Source: Clostridia bacterium (lineage in GTDB: Bacteria; Bacillota; Clostridia; Oscillospirales; CAG-272). From it: a DNA stretch of 64,000 nt. Under the pieces are notes generated by a model. It had not been told where the DNA came from. It ran no database searches and saw only the letters and a program-made list of their open reading frames with translations. Shown piece after piece: positions 1 to 12,499 of this stretch. A program made the translations under genes and the position numbers. Each line of letters starts with the position of its first letter. The stretch's first letter is position 1. The DNA lies in NCBI GenBank assembly GCA_017441005.1, contig JAFSAM010000082.1:8656-72655 (forward strand), read 5' to 3'.

Positions 1-2776
<2,776 letters not shown>

Positions 2777-2869
2777 TTAAAAATATACAATATACAAATA
2801 AATATACACAAAATTAAAGTTTTCATCTAAAAATACGTTATTTTGATGTATTTTATTTCCGAACACGTG

Positions 2870-3904
2870 TTATTCCGATAATGCGATCACCCTTTTGCAG
2901 CCGATTATGGTATAGTCCACGTCGTCCTTATAAAGCGGCAGATATTCCACGTCGGAATACAAAGCCTCGATACATTCGCCGTCGCCTAAATATATCGCAA
3001 CGTGGCATACGCTCCACGACCACGGGCGACGGTAAAACACAAGATCTCCGGGTAACAGTTCTCCTATCGGAACATCCTTGAATTTCGGGTCGGCATACAT
3101 CAGTCTTGAATTATATTCCTCCATTGTAGAGTGCTGTACGGGGTCAAGTCCGTCGGGATAAATGCCTATCGTATAAAGGCACTGGAGCACCAGTCCGGAG
3201 CAGTCCACTCCCTCGCCCGGCTTGCCCGACGCACCCACGACAAAGGGTGTTTTCAGATACTCCTTCGCGCGGGAAATGAATACGTCTATTATTTCGTCAC
3301 GTGTGCTTTGCTTTGTTATTCTGACGGGTGAAACATACGTGCCGAGGTTGTACCACTCGTCCTCGGTAAAGCCCATACTGAGCCAGGTCTCAAGATCGAC
3401 GTTGCCCGTATAATCAAGCGCGTTCTTACCCTGATAAAATGCAACCTCGTCCTCCAATCTTTCAGTGTAATACCCCCACGTATACGGTCTCATACCAAGC
3501 TTTTTCTCGACATAATAGACTTTCAGTCCCATTATCCCCTGCTTCAGCTTATAGCCTCCGCCGTCTACACTACCCGTCTCGTATCTCGGGCTGTACCAGC
3601 CCTCCGGGGCGGTGTAGCCCAAAGACAACTCTTCGTTTTTGAGAGAAGATGTCTCCTCGGTGAAAGCTTCGGTTTCGGGCAGAAAAAAAGTCTCATCCGA
3701 CTCGATTTCGGTTTTCGGGACGGTGGGCGTATCCTCGGGAGAGCGTGTTATTTTCGAGGAAACGGTCCTTCTTTCTTCGGTAAATAAAACGGTTTCCGTT
3801 TGCCCGCCTGATATTTGTTCTACATTATCCTCTGTACCGTTGCATCCCACAATGTAAAACAGAAGCAACAAGCACAAAAAAACGAGTTTTTTTCTTTTTA
3901 TCAT
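2870..3904 (-). CDS. NlpC/P60 cell-wall peptidase with PG-binding domain, probable lipoprotein
   Basis: GVDCSGLV and HVAIYLG catalytic motifs, PG_binding_1-like segment, signal peptide ending IVGC; start set to MIKRKK. Confidence 0.85.
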   Translation of the reverse strand: MIKRKKLVFLCLLLLFYIVGCNGTEDNVEQISGGQTETVLFTEERRTVSSKITRSPEDTPTVPKTEIESDETFFLPETEAFTEETSSLKNEELSLGYTAPEGWYSPRYETGSVDGGGYKLKQGIMGLKVYYVEKKLGMRPYTWGYYTERLEDEVAFYQGKNALDYTGNVDLETWLSMGFTEDEWYNLGTYVSPVRITKQSTRDEIIDVFISRAKEYLKTPFVVGASGKPGEGVDCSGLVLQCLYTIGIYPDGLDPVQHSTMEEYNSRLMYADPKFKDVPIGELLPGDLVFYRRPWSWSVCHVAIYLGDGECIEALYSDVEYLPLYKDDVDYTIIGCKRVIALSE

Positions 3905-4094
3905 TTCGGTCGTTTCTCCAACATGATCATTACGTATTAATTCTAACATTTTTGCAGGGCTTTATCAAGGTTTTGTCAAAAACTGTTGAAAAAAATTATT
4001 ATTTATGATAAAATAAGCCGTTCTTGGTTTTTTGTATACTAAAAAAAGATAGATGGAATACTAACCTCAAAAAAAGAGGTGCTTTTTGCGGTTT

Positions 4095-4190
4095 ATGAAA
4101 AATTTTTTTGAAAATCTCGGTATAGGATTCCTGCTCGGGATCATGCTTTTCGGCATTATTGCCGTTATGATCGCTTCGTATATTTATTAA
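4095..4190 (+). CDS. Putative 31-aa single-TM small protein
   Basis: MKNFFENLGIGFLLGIMLFGIIAVMIASYIY*; AAGAGGTG about 13 nt upstream; ends 22 nt before rsuA. Confidence 0.5.
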   Translation: MKNFFENLGIGFLLGIMLFGIIAVMIASYIY

Positions 4191-4212
4191 TTGAAGAAAG
4201 GCGGTATTTTTT

Positions 4213-4926
4213 ATGAAAATGAGAATAGACAAGCTGCTCACCTCTATGGGTCTTGCAACCCGTACTGAAGCGGCTAAAGCCGCCAGGCAGGGGCTTATCA
4301 GGCTCAACGGTAAAGTCATTTCCAAGGCAGACGAAAAGATCGACCCCGAAATCGATTCCGTCGAATATTTGGGCAAAAAGGTCGAATACAAAAAATACGT
4401 ATATATAATGATGAACAAGCCCTCGGGCGTCGTATCGTCCACCGACGGAAAGGACGGCGATACCGTCATATCACTTTTGCCGGACGAGCTTCAAAGATGC
4501 GGTCTTTTTCCCTGCGGAAGACTCGACAAGGATACCGTGGGTCTTCTCATTGTCACAAACGACGGAAGCACTGCCCACTACCTGCTCTCGCCCAAAAGAC
4601 ACGTAAGCAAGATCTATCATCTGAAAACTCTCTGTCCCGTTACACAAAACGACATAGATATTTTGCAAAGCGGTGTAAAATTAGACCACGGAGACATCGC
4701 CCGCCCCGCAAAGGTTGAAGTCATCAATGAAAACGAGCTCAACATCACCATCGTCGAGGGAATGTATCACCAGATCAAACGAATGCTCGAAGCGGTAAAC
4801 AATAAAGTCATCTTCCTCGAAAGGATCGAATTCGGCACTATTCCGCTCGACAGGTCGCTCGAACGCGGTCAGTGGCGTTATCTTACAAAAGAAGAAACAG
4901 ACATACTTTTGAATCAGACCAGATAA
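4213..4926 (+). CDS. rsuA: RsuA-family rRNA pseudouridine synthase
   Basis: S4 domain MRIDKLL, GRLDKDT catalytic motif, EGMYHQIKRM. Confidence 0.9.
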   Translation: MKMRIDKLLTSMGLATRTEAAKAARQGLIRLNGKVISKADEKIDPEIDSVEYLGKKVEYKKYVYIMMNKPSGVVSSTDGKDGDTVISLLPDELQRCGLFPCGRLDKDTVGLLIVTNDGSTAHYLLSPKRHVSKIYHLKTLCPVTQNDIDILQSGVKLDHGDIARPAKVEVINENELNITIVEGMYHQIKRMLEAVNNKVIFLERIEFGTIPLDRSLERGQWRYLTKEETDILLNQTR

Positions 4927-4940
4927 AGGAGTAAAAATAT

Positions 4941-7097
4941 ATGGATATCAATCAAACACTTGCCGAAGAGTTCGGCATTAAGCAAACACAGGTAGACAAT
5001 ACGGTCAAGCTGATCGACGAGGGTAACACCATTCCCTTTATCGCACGATACAGAAAAGAGCTTACGGGCTCGCTCGACGACGAGATACTCCGCGATCTTT
5101 TCGACAGACTGAACTATCTCCGTAACCTCCAAAAGAGAAAAGAAGAGGTATTCAACCTCATTTCCGAGCAGGGCAAGATGACCCCGGAGATCGAAAAGGC
5201 ACTCGCCGATGCAAAAATACTCACCGAGGTCGAGGATATCTACCGCCCCTACAAGCCCCACAGAAAAACAAGGGCTTCCGTCGCAAGAGAAAAGGGGCTT
5301 GAACCCCTTTCGGCACTCATTATCGAGCAGAGGGCAACCTACGATAAAGCTATTGAGGACTACGCCGCAGAATACATAAACGAAGAAAAGGGCGTTAAAT
5401 CGGCAGAAGAGGCAATTTCAGGTGCCTGCGACATCATTGCCGAGGATATTTCCGACAACGCCGAATACAGAAAGAGTATCAGAAGTCTCACATTCGGATA
5501 CGGCAAGATCAAAACCAAGCAGACAAAGGACGAGGACTCGGTCTATGCGCAGTATTACGATTTCAGCGGAAGCATCAAAGATCTTCCCGGTCACAGAATA
5601 CTTGCCATCAACAGAGCCGAAAAAGAGGAATACATCAAAGCAGATATCGATATCGACAGCGATATCATTCTTAACTTCCTGTTCAGCAAGGTAGTTACCG
5701 ATACAAACAGTCCCGCTAAAAAGTACGTTTCTTCCGCCATCGTAGACAGCTACGACAGGCTTATCGCCCCCTCTATCGAGCGCGAGATCCGCTCTGCCCT
5801 CTTTGACGACGCGAGCGAGGGCGCGATCAAGCTCTTCGAGGAAAACCTCAAAAACCTGCTTATGTCAGCTCCCTTGAAGGGTAAGACGGTCATGGGTTAC
5901 GACCCCGGTTACCGTACGGGCTGTAAGCTTGCGGTCGTAGATAAAACGGGTAAGGTGCTCGACACCGCCGTTATCTACCCCACAAAGCCTCAGGAAAGAA
6001 TTGCGGAGTCATCGGCTACTGTCAAAAGGCTCATCAAAAAATACGGCGTCGACACCATCGCCATCGGCAACGGCACGGCATCCAAAGAAAGCGAGATCTT
6101 TATTGCGAACGTGCTTAAAGAGGTTGACGGTGACGTTAAATATACAATGGTAAGTGAGGCAGGTGCTTCCGTTTATTCGGCATCAAAGCTCGGCACGGAG
6201 GAGTTCCCCGATTTTGACGTTACACAGAGAAGTGCCGTTTCCATTGCAAGGAGACTTCAAGACCCATTGGCAGAGCTTGTAAAGATCGATCCAAAGTCCA
6301 TCGGTGTCGGTCAGTATCAGCACGATATGAAGCCCGCAAGACTCGATGCTGCATTGACGGGCGTCGTCGAGGACTGTGTAAACACCGTCGGCGTCGACGT
6401 CAACACCGCAAGCTATTCCTTGCTTTCTTATATCTCGGGCATCAATATGACCTCGGCTAAAAATATCGTTAAATACAGAGAAGAAAACGGCGAATTCACA
6501 AACCGCAAGCAGATACTTAAAGTGCCTAAGATAGGTGCAAAAGCCTACGAGCAGTGCGCGGGCTTCCTTCGTGTATCGGGCTCCGACGAGATCCTTGACA
6601 ATACGGGAGTGCACCCTGAATCGTACTCTGTCGCAAGAAAACTGCTCAAAAAATACGAGCTTGACGAAAATGATATCGGAAACGAGAAGATCAAGATCCT
6701 CCGTTTGAAGATCGACCTTGAGGGTACGAAAAAGGTCTGCGAGGAGCTTGAAGTCGGAGAGCCTACGCTCAACGATATCGTAAACGAGCTCGAAAAGCCC
6801 GGACGTGACGTCCGTGACAGCCTCCCACTCCCCGTGCTCCGCACAGACGTTATGGATATGAGTGACCTCACACCCGGTATGCAGCTTACCGGCACTGTCA
6901 GAAATGTTATCGACTTCGGCGCATTCGTGGATATCGGCGTTCACCAGGACGGCCTTGTGCATATCTCCGAAATATCCGACAGATTCATTAAGCATCCCTC
7001 CGAGGTATTATCGGTCGGAGACGTGGTTACAGTCAAGGTCAAGGGTGTTGACCTCAACAAAAAGCGAATTTCTCTAACCATGAAGGGCAATATCTAA
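4941..7097 (+). CDS. tex: Tex-family RNA-binding transcription accessory protein
   Basis: TIPFIARYRKE, DPGYRTGCK, SIGVGQYQHD, C-terminal S1 domain. Confidence 0.95.
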   Translation: MDINQTLAEEFGIKQTQVDNTVKLIDEGNTIPFIARYRKELTGSLDDEILRDLFDRLNYLRNLQKRKEEVFNLISEQGKMTPEIEKALADAKILTEVEDIYRPYKPHRKTRASVAREKGLEPLSALIIEQRATYDKAIEDYAAEYINEEKGVKSAEEAISGACDIIAEDISDNAEYRKSIRSLTFGYGKIKTKQTKDEDSVYAQYYDFSGSIKDLPGHRILAINRAEKEEYIKADIDIDSDIILNFLFSKVVTDTNSPAKKYVSSAIVDSYDRLIAPSIEREIRSALFDDASEGAIKLFEENLKNLLMSAPLKGKTVMGYDPGYRTGCKLAVVDKTGKVLDTAVIYPTKPQERIAESSATVKRLIKKYGVDTIAIGNGTASKESEIFIANVLKEVDGDVKYTMVSEAGASVYSASKLGTEEFPDFDVTQRSAVSIARRLQDPLAELVKIDPKSIGVGQYQHDMKPARLDAALTGVVEDCVNTVGVDVNTASYSLLSYISGINMTSAKNIVKYREENGEFTNRKQILKVPKIGAKAYEQCAGFLRVSGSDEILDNTGVHPESYSVARKLLKKYELDENDIGNEKIKILRLKIDLEGTKKVCEELEVGEPTLNDIVNELEKPGRDVRDSLPLPVLRTDVMDMSDLTPGMQLTGTVRNVIDFGAFVDIGVHQDGLVHISEISDRFIKHPSEVLSVGDVVTVKVKGVDLNKKRISLTMKGNI

Positions 7098-7163
7098 CAT
7101 TCTAATATATTAGAATTTGTCAACATATACTTCATCGTCGCATTCACAGTTTATTATTTTAAA

Positions 7164-7180
7164 TTGTGCAATATACACAA
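7164..7180. promoter_or_regulatory. Imperfect palindrome upstream of sugar ABC ATPase, candidate operator
   Basis: TTGTGCAATATACACAA. Confidence 0.3.
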
Positions 7181-7318
7181 ATGATTTGATGTAAATTTGG
7201 GGAAATAACATCTTTAAAAATCCGATGAAATTTGTTAGAATATTGTAGATAAAAAATGTATGTTTTCAGGTGCGGTCAAGAACGCCCGTGCTTCGAATTA
7301 ATTAGGAGGATTTTATAA

Positions 7319-8437
7319 ATGGCAAGTTTATCTTTCAGACACATTTACAAAAAGTATCCCGGCGGCGTTACTGCTGTTTCGGATTTCTGCCTTGAAGTTA
7401 AGGACAAAGAGTTTATCATCTTCGTTGGTCCTTCCGGTTGCGGTAAGTCCACAACTCTCCGTATGGTTGCAGGTCTCGAAGAAATCACTGAAGGCGAGCT
7501 CTTTATCGGCGATAAGCTGGTAAACGATATCGCTCCTAAGGACAGAGATATCGCGATGGTTTTCCAGAACTACGCTCTTTATCCTCACATGACAGTTTTC
7601 GATAACATGGCTTTCGGTCTTAAGCTCAGAAAGACATCCAAAGAAGAAATCAAGCGCCGCGTTGAAGAGGCTGCTCGTATCCTCGACATCAGCCACCTTC
7701 TCGACAGACGTCCTAAGGCTTTGTCCGGTGGTCAGAAGCAGCGTGTTGCGTTGGGTCGTGCAATCGTTCGTGAACCCCGCGTATTCCTTCTTGACGAGCC
7801 TCTTTCCAACCTCGATGCTAAGCTCCGTGCTACCATGAGAACCGAGATCACAAAGATCCACCAGAAGCTCGGTACTACATTTATCTACGTAACTCACGAC
7901 CAGGTAGAGGCTATGACCATGGCTACCAGAATCGTTGTTATGAAGGACGGTATCATTCAGCAGGTTGATACTCCTCAGAACCTCTACGATATCCCCGTAA
8001 ACCTCTTCGTTGCAGGCTTTATCGGTACACCTCCTATGAACTTCATCGAAGGTACTCTCGAAAAGAAGAAGAGCGAAGAAGACGTTTACTTCGTATTCGG
8101 CGAAAACAGACTCAAGGTTCCTGCAGCTAAGTTCGAAGACTCCAACCTCGATGAGTACATCGGCAAGGAAGTTATCGCAGGTATCCGTCCTGAGTGCTTG
8201 TACGATGATGAAGAACACCTCGAAAAGTTCTCTTCCACTGTTATCGAAACAGACGTTGAAGTTACAGAGCTTATGGGTGCTGAAATCTACCTTTACCTCA
8301 CCTCCTTCGAACAGAAGCTTACCGCTCGTGTATCCTCCCGTTCCAAGGTTAGAGCAGGCGACAAGGTTAAGATCGCTATCGAAATCGACAGAATGCACTT
8401 CTTTGACAAAGACACAGAAAAGTGCATCGTTCATTAA
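7319..8437 (+). CDS. msmK: Multiple-sugar ABC transporter ATPase (MsmK/MalK type), standalone
   Basis: Walker A GPSGCGKS, LSGGQKQR, LLDEPLSNLD, TOBE C-terminus; strong AGGAGG RBS. Confidence 0.92.
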   Translation: MASLSFRHIYKKYPGGVTAVSDFCLEVKDKEFIIFVGPSGCGKSTTLRMVAGLEEITEGELFIGDKLVNDIAPKDRDIAMVFQNYALYPHMTVFDNMAFGLKLRKTSKEEIKRRVEEAARILDISHLLDRRPKALSGGQKQRVALGRAIVREPRVFLLDEPLSNLDAKLRATMRTEITKIHQKLGTTFIYVTHDQVEAMTMATRIVVMKDGIIQQVDTPQNLYDIPVNLFVAGFIGTPPMNFIEGTLEKKKSEEDVYFVFGENRLKVPAAKFEDSNLDEYIGKEVIAGIRPECLYDDEEHLEKFSSTVIETDVEVTELMGAEIYLYLTSFEQKLTARVSSRSKVRAGDKVKIAIEIDRMHFFDKDTEKCIVH

Positions 8438-8458
8438 TCTGAATACAGGAAACAATTT

Positions 8459-8489
8459 CACCCTCGGATCTTTCCGAGGGTGTTTTTTT
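8459..8489 (+). terminator. Intrinsic terminator of msmK
   Basis: CACCCTCGGA-tctt-TCCGAGGGTG followed by T7. Confidence 0.85.
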
Positions 8490-8495
8490 GGGTAT

Positions 8496-8531
8496 AAGAA
8501 AAGAACCGTCGGGGGAAAACCCGACGGTTCT
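8496..8531 (-). terminator. Intrinsic terminator of DegT gene
   Basis: AGAACCGTCGGG...CCCGACGGTTCT hairpin with A-run on the left. Confidence 0.75.
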
Positions 8532-8573
8532 AATATTATGCTTTGTACGGTTTAATTACCTTTTTATCGGAAA

Positions 8574-9893
8574 TTAAAGACCCTTCTGCATTTCTTCAAC
8601 TGCTTCGAGAACAGCATTTGCCATGTATTCTACCTGCTCATCATCGATACCGTAGAGAGGAAGGTGTGTGAATCTGTGGTCAAATACTTCGTTAGCTACA
8701 GGACAAGAAGCGGACATAGCCTCTACGTCGTAGCCGAGCTGCTTGAGAATGTTGAATCTGTAAAGAGGACCGAAGTGAGGAAGGTTTGTAACGCCCTTTG
8801 CTTCGAGCTTCTTTCTGAGTACCTGTACGTCGCCGCCGGCCTTTGCAGGGTCGATCTGGAGGAGGTAGAGGTGGAATGTAGGATGTACATCGTCGCCGCC
8901 GATATCCTGAGGAATGATAGCGTCGTTAGCCTTGAACTTCTCTGTGAGGTATGCAGCGTTCTTACGTCTCTTAGCGATGATCTCTTCGTTACGAGCAACC
9001 TGGAGCTTGAGACCGATAGCCTGGATCTCTGTTGTAGAGCTGTTGAGCGCTACGAAAGGACCGTACTTACCGGGCATTGCATCTACGTTGTAGAACCAGT
9101 TGTCGATAGGCTTTGCACCAAAGTCGGAACCGAAGAATCTGCAACGAGGCATCAAAGGACGCATTTCCTGAACGTTTGTGCAAACGATACCGCCCTCACC
9201 GAAGGATGTAACGTTCTTAACCTCGTGGAAGGAGAAAGAACCGAAGTCACCGATAGTACCGATTCTCTTGCCCTTGTAGATAGCACCGAATGCGTGAGCT
9301 GCGTCCTCGAGAACTACGATGTCCTTGTTATATTCCTTTGTAACCTTCATGATCTCTTCCATGTTACAGGGGTAGCCGCCGATGTGTACGGGTACAACCA
9401 TCTTTGTCTTGGGAGAGAGCTTCTTCTTGAGGTCTTCGGGGTCCATGTTAATTGTGTTGGGAGCAACGTCACAGATAACGATCTTTGCACCAACGGAAAG
9501 GGGGTATGCCATTGTAGCGATAAATGTGATCGCAGGAACGATTACTTCGTCGCCGGGGCCGATATTTGCATACTTATATGCAATTTCAAAGCCTGCTGTA
9601 GCGTTTGTTACGAAGAGAGAGTTCTCTGTGCCGAGGTACTTGTCACAAGCTTCTTCTGCAGCCTGAACGTTTACGTCGAGAGAGAGCTTACCGGGAGCTC
9701 TGGATACCTTGTCGAGGTCGTATACCTTGTCAGCAACTGCCTTGAGTGCTGCGTCGTATTCTTCGCCCTGACCCTGCATCATAAATTCAATAACCTTCAT
9801 AAGGTCAGCCGCATTGTAGTTTTCACCTACTGCAGGCCACGGAACTCTGGTTTCACCAGTGTTATAACGGAAATCCGATGCTTTCTTTTTCAT
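8574..9893 (-). CDS. DegT/DnrJ/EryC1/StrS PLP-dependent sugar aminotransferase
   Basis: GPGDEVIVPAITF, VLEDAAHAFG, SFSFHEVKN (PLP lysine), GEGG. Confidence 0.88.
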   Translation of the reverse strand: MKKKASDFRYNTGETRVPWPAVGENYNAADLMKVIEFMMQGQGEEYDAALKAVADKVYDLDKVSRAPGKLSLDVNVQAAEEACDKYLGTENSLFVTNATAGFEIAYKYANIGPGDEVIVPAITFIATMAYPLSVGAKIVICDVAPNTINMDPEDLKKKLSPKTKMVVPVHIGGYPCNMEEIMKVTKEYNKDIVVLEDAAHAFGAIYKGKRIGTIGDFGSFSFHEVKNVTSFGEGGIVCTNVQEMRPLMPRCRFFGSDFGAKPIDNWFYNVDAMPGKYGPFVALNSSTTEIQAIGLKLQVARNEEIIAKRRKNAAYLTEKFKANDAIIPQDIGGDDVHPTFHLYLLQIDPAKAGGDVQVLRKKLEAKGVTNLPHFGPLYRFNILKQLGYDVEAMSASCPVANEVFDHRFTHLPLYGIDDEQVEYMANAVLEAVEEMQKGL

Positions 9894-9978
9894 TGTAAAA
9901 ATCTCCTTTAATAAAAGAAATTAAATTTTTCTATCTGTATCAATTATACCATTACGAAATAACCTTGTCAATAAATTT

Positions 9979-9997
9979 TTCCCAATTATTTTGGGAA
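9979..9997. promoter_or_regulatory. Palindrome just upstream of the -35 of the DegT promoter
   Basis: TTCCCAA-ttatt-TTGGGAA; minus-strand TTGACA (9966-9971) and TATAAT (about 9943-9948). Confidence 0.35.
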
Positions 9998-10082
9998 CAA
10001 AACACATAAAACTATGTTTTTTTCACAAAAAAATGTACAATATAACCCCCACTGGACAAAACAACTTTTTTGTCCGTCATCC

Positions 10083-11573
10083 CTATGCAGCATACCCTGC
10101 AGGGAACTTATCACTGAAGGACAAATATTCATAGCACGCGGGTACAAGTATTCCGTCTGCCCTTGTAAACGTATATTTCACCCTCGGGCCATGGGTCAGA
10201 TAACCGTGGTCTGCATAAAACTGCACCACAACGTAATCCTCTCCCGACTCGACAAAATCAAACCAATATCCGAATCCGCCGTGGGGATATTTGATCTCTG
10301 CCTTTCCGCCGTTTTCAAAAGTCAGGTGCGCATCAAGCTCAAAGGTAGCATCTCTGCCGTACAAGGTCTTAAAGTACTTTTCATACTCCGCCTTCGTGCC
10401 GCCCTCTCCGAAAAGTGATTGATAATAAATATGGACAAACCAAACATAGCTTTCTGTATAACCGGTATTGTACTCTCTGTCAAATTTGTATCCGTTTGTC
10501 GCAAACCATGCAGAAATAAATTTTTCGGTTTCGGTCTTTGGCGTATTATTATTACCCGATTTCCTGTCGACCTCTTCAAAGCATCCTCTGTGGTCTCCGA
10601 TCTTCAAGGTATGATTGCCGACGGTAAGTGTAGTTGCGTGTTCGTTTCCGACACTTGAAATGTTTACATTCATAAAAACATCGTTATCGATACTGTTCTG
10701 TGATTTTTCTGCCCACACCTCAAAGCTTTCTATCTCGATTCCCGACAAGCCGCTGTATACGCCCGCCTCATAATAGCAAAGCTCTTCCAGCTTTTTTACG
10801 TCGTTTGTCAGGAATGCCTTTACCCTTTCGATCCTGTCGTTTGTCAGATCAAGTTTATCGAGGTCTTCAAAAGAAGTAACCTTTTGTCCAAGCGGTATTT
10901 TGGGGGTGTCGGGAGCTCCGGCTTCACTGTTTTTTGAAGTCTCGGGCTCTGTTTCATCCTCTATATAAGGGGCAGATTCGGGTAACACCTCTCTCTCTGT
11001 GAACACGAAGTCTATTACGGTGTTTTCGGTACAGTATTCTTTCGGTAGCTTCAAAGCAAGGCAGATCGAATAGTCTTCCTTCAGTTTATTCGGTACAGCT
11101 CCCCAATATTCAAACCTGACCTCAAGTCTGTCTTCTCCGACAGAAACGCTGTCAACGTATCCGTCATATTTTAAATCGCCCTTTTTGGGGATAAACAAAG
11201 CGAGGTTATAATCCACGAAATCCGCCTCGGTGCAATATTTCAGCAATTCGCCAAAGGTTTTTGAATCGCCCACGGAAATATTTTTTACAAATCCGCCCTC
11301 GTTTACAAGCTTTTCAAACTCGGCATAAGAAGTAAAAATATAGTGCTCGTCATTTTCCGACACGGTCGATACCGTTTCATAATGTATATGTCTCTCTAAA
11401 ACTAACTTACCGTCATTAAGCTCGGGGAGCCGAACGGGAGAAGCCGTTTCGATCGGCTCTTCGGTCTCGTGCTTTTCGGGAGCAGTTTCGATCGTGCTCG
11501 GTGTTTTTTCACCGCAGCTCACAAAAACACTCAGGCACAGCAACAGCGCCGTCAACAAAAATAACCTCTTCAT
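10083..11573 (-). CDS. Hypothetical lipoprotein, two domains with E/T/P-rich linkers
   Basis: Signal peptide ending FVSC, AAAGGAG RBS, 496 aa ORF. Confidence 0.75.
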   Translation of the reverse strand: MKRLFLLTALLLCLSVFVSCGEKTPSTIETAPEKHETEEPIETASPVRLPELNDGKLVLERHIHYETVSTVSENDEHYIFTSYAEFEKLVNEGGFVKNISVGDSKTFGELLKYCTEADFVDYNLALFIPKKGDLKYDGYVDSVSVGEDRLEVRFEYWGAVPNKLKEDYSICLALKLPKEYCTENTVIDFVFTEREVLPESAPYIEDETEPETSKNSEAGAPDTPKIPLGQKVTSFEDLDKLDLTNDRIERVKAFLTNDVKKLEELCYYEAGVYSGLSGIEIESFEVWAEKSQNSIDNDVFMNVNISSVGNEHATTLTVGNHTLKIGDHRGCFEEVDRKSGNNNTPKTETEKFISAWFATNGYKFDREYNTGYTESYVWFVHIYYQSLFGEGGTKAEYEKYFKTLYGRDATFELDAHLTFENGGKAEIKYPHGGFGYWFDFVESGEDYVVVQFYADHGYLTHGPRVKYTFTRADGILVPACYEYLSFSDKFPAGYAA

Positions 11574-11617
11574 ACATTCTACTCCTTTCGTGTTTTACGG
11601 TATAATTATATCAAAAT

Positions 11618-11651
11618 AAAAAACAGAAGGCAAGGAATATTTCCTTGCCCT
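11618..11651 (-). terminator. Intrinsic terminator after nagB
   Basis: GGCAAGGAA-tat-TTCCTTGCC hairpin, U-rich tail on minus strand. Confidence 0.65.
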
Positions 11652-11714
11652 CGCCTAAATCTGCATTTTCAACAAACCGCTACAAAAAAACGTAACAATC
11701 TGCACAAAATCACA

Positions 11715-12470
11715 TTACTTCAAAAGGGATGCCGCATCCTTGTCGAGGATCATTGTAACGTCCTTGTGATACTGGAGAACAGAACACTGGTTGTTAGGAG
11801 TAACGTCACAGCAAAGCGCCTCGTAAAGTGCCTGAGCCTTGTTCTTGCCGTTTGCAACGAGAACGATCTTCTTTGCGTTCATAATTGTGCCGACACCCAT
11901 GGTGATCGCCTTCTTGGGAACGAGGTCTGCGGATTCAAAGAATCTGGAGTTTGCTTCGATGGTGTTTTCGGTAAGCTCAACAACGTGAGTTATGTTGTAG
12001 AACTTGTCGCAGGGCTCGTTAAAGCCGATGTGGCCGTTGTTACCGATGCCGAGGACCTGGAGGTCTACGCCGCCCGCTGCCTTGATATCATCCTCGTAGC
12101 TCTGACAGAACTTGTCTGTGTCAGCAGCAGTACCGTCGGGTACTCTTGTATTCTCGAGCTTGATGTTTGTCTTGTTGAACAGGTTTTTGTTCATAAAGTA
12201 ACGGTAGCTCTGGTCGTTTGTGGGATCAATAGGATAGTATTCGTCGAGGTTAAAGGTGCGAACGTTTGCAAAGTCGATCTCCCCTGCCCGGTTCTTTTCA
12301 GCAAGCTTGGTGTAAAGACCTACGGGAGACGAGCCTGTTGCAAGACCCAATACGAAGTCGGGCTTTTTCTTCATTTCAGCGGCAACGATCTCTGCTGCCT
12401 CTGCGCTGAGCTCATCGTAAGTGTCGCATACGATTACTTTGATCTGATTAAACTGCATTTCTTTTTTCAT
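11715..12470 (-). CDS. nagB: Glucosamine-6-phosphate deaminase
   Basis: LGLATGSSP, TFNLDEY, LGIGNNGHIGFNEP. Confidence 0.95.
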   Translation of the reverse strand: MKKEMQFNQIKVIVCDTYDELSAEAAEIVAAEMKKKPDFVLGLATGSSPVGLYTKLAEKNRAGEIDFANVRTFNLDEYYPIDPTNDQSYRYFMNKNLFNKTNIKLENTRVPDGTAADTDKFCQSYEDDIKAAGGVDLQVLGIGNNGHIGFNEPCDKFYNITHVVELTENTIEANSRFFESADLVPKKAITMGVGTIMNAKKIVLVANGKNKAQALYEALCCDVTPNNQCSVLQYHKDVTMILDKDAASLLK

Positions 12471-12499
12471 TTTTCATTTCCCCTATATTATAATGTTTT

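Noticed and set aside
7328-9911. Long antisense ORFs (377 aa, 415 aa) and similar ones across the window
   Set aside because: Mirror frames of codon-biased genes, with no RBS or recognisable motifs
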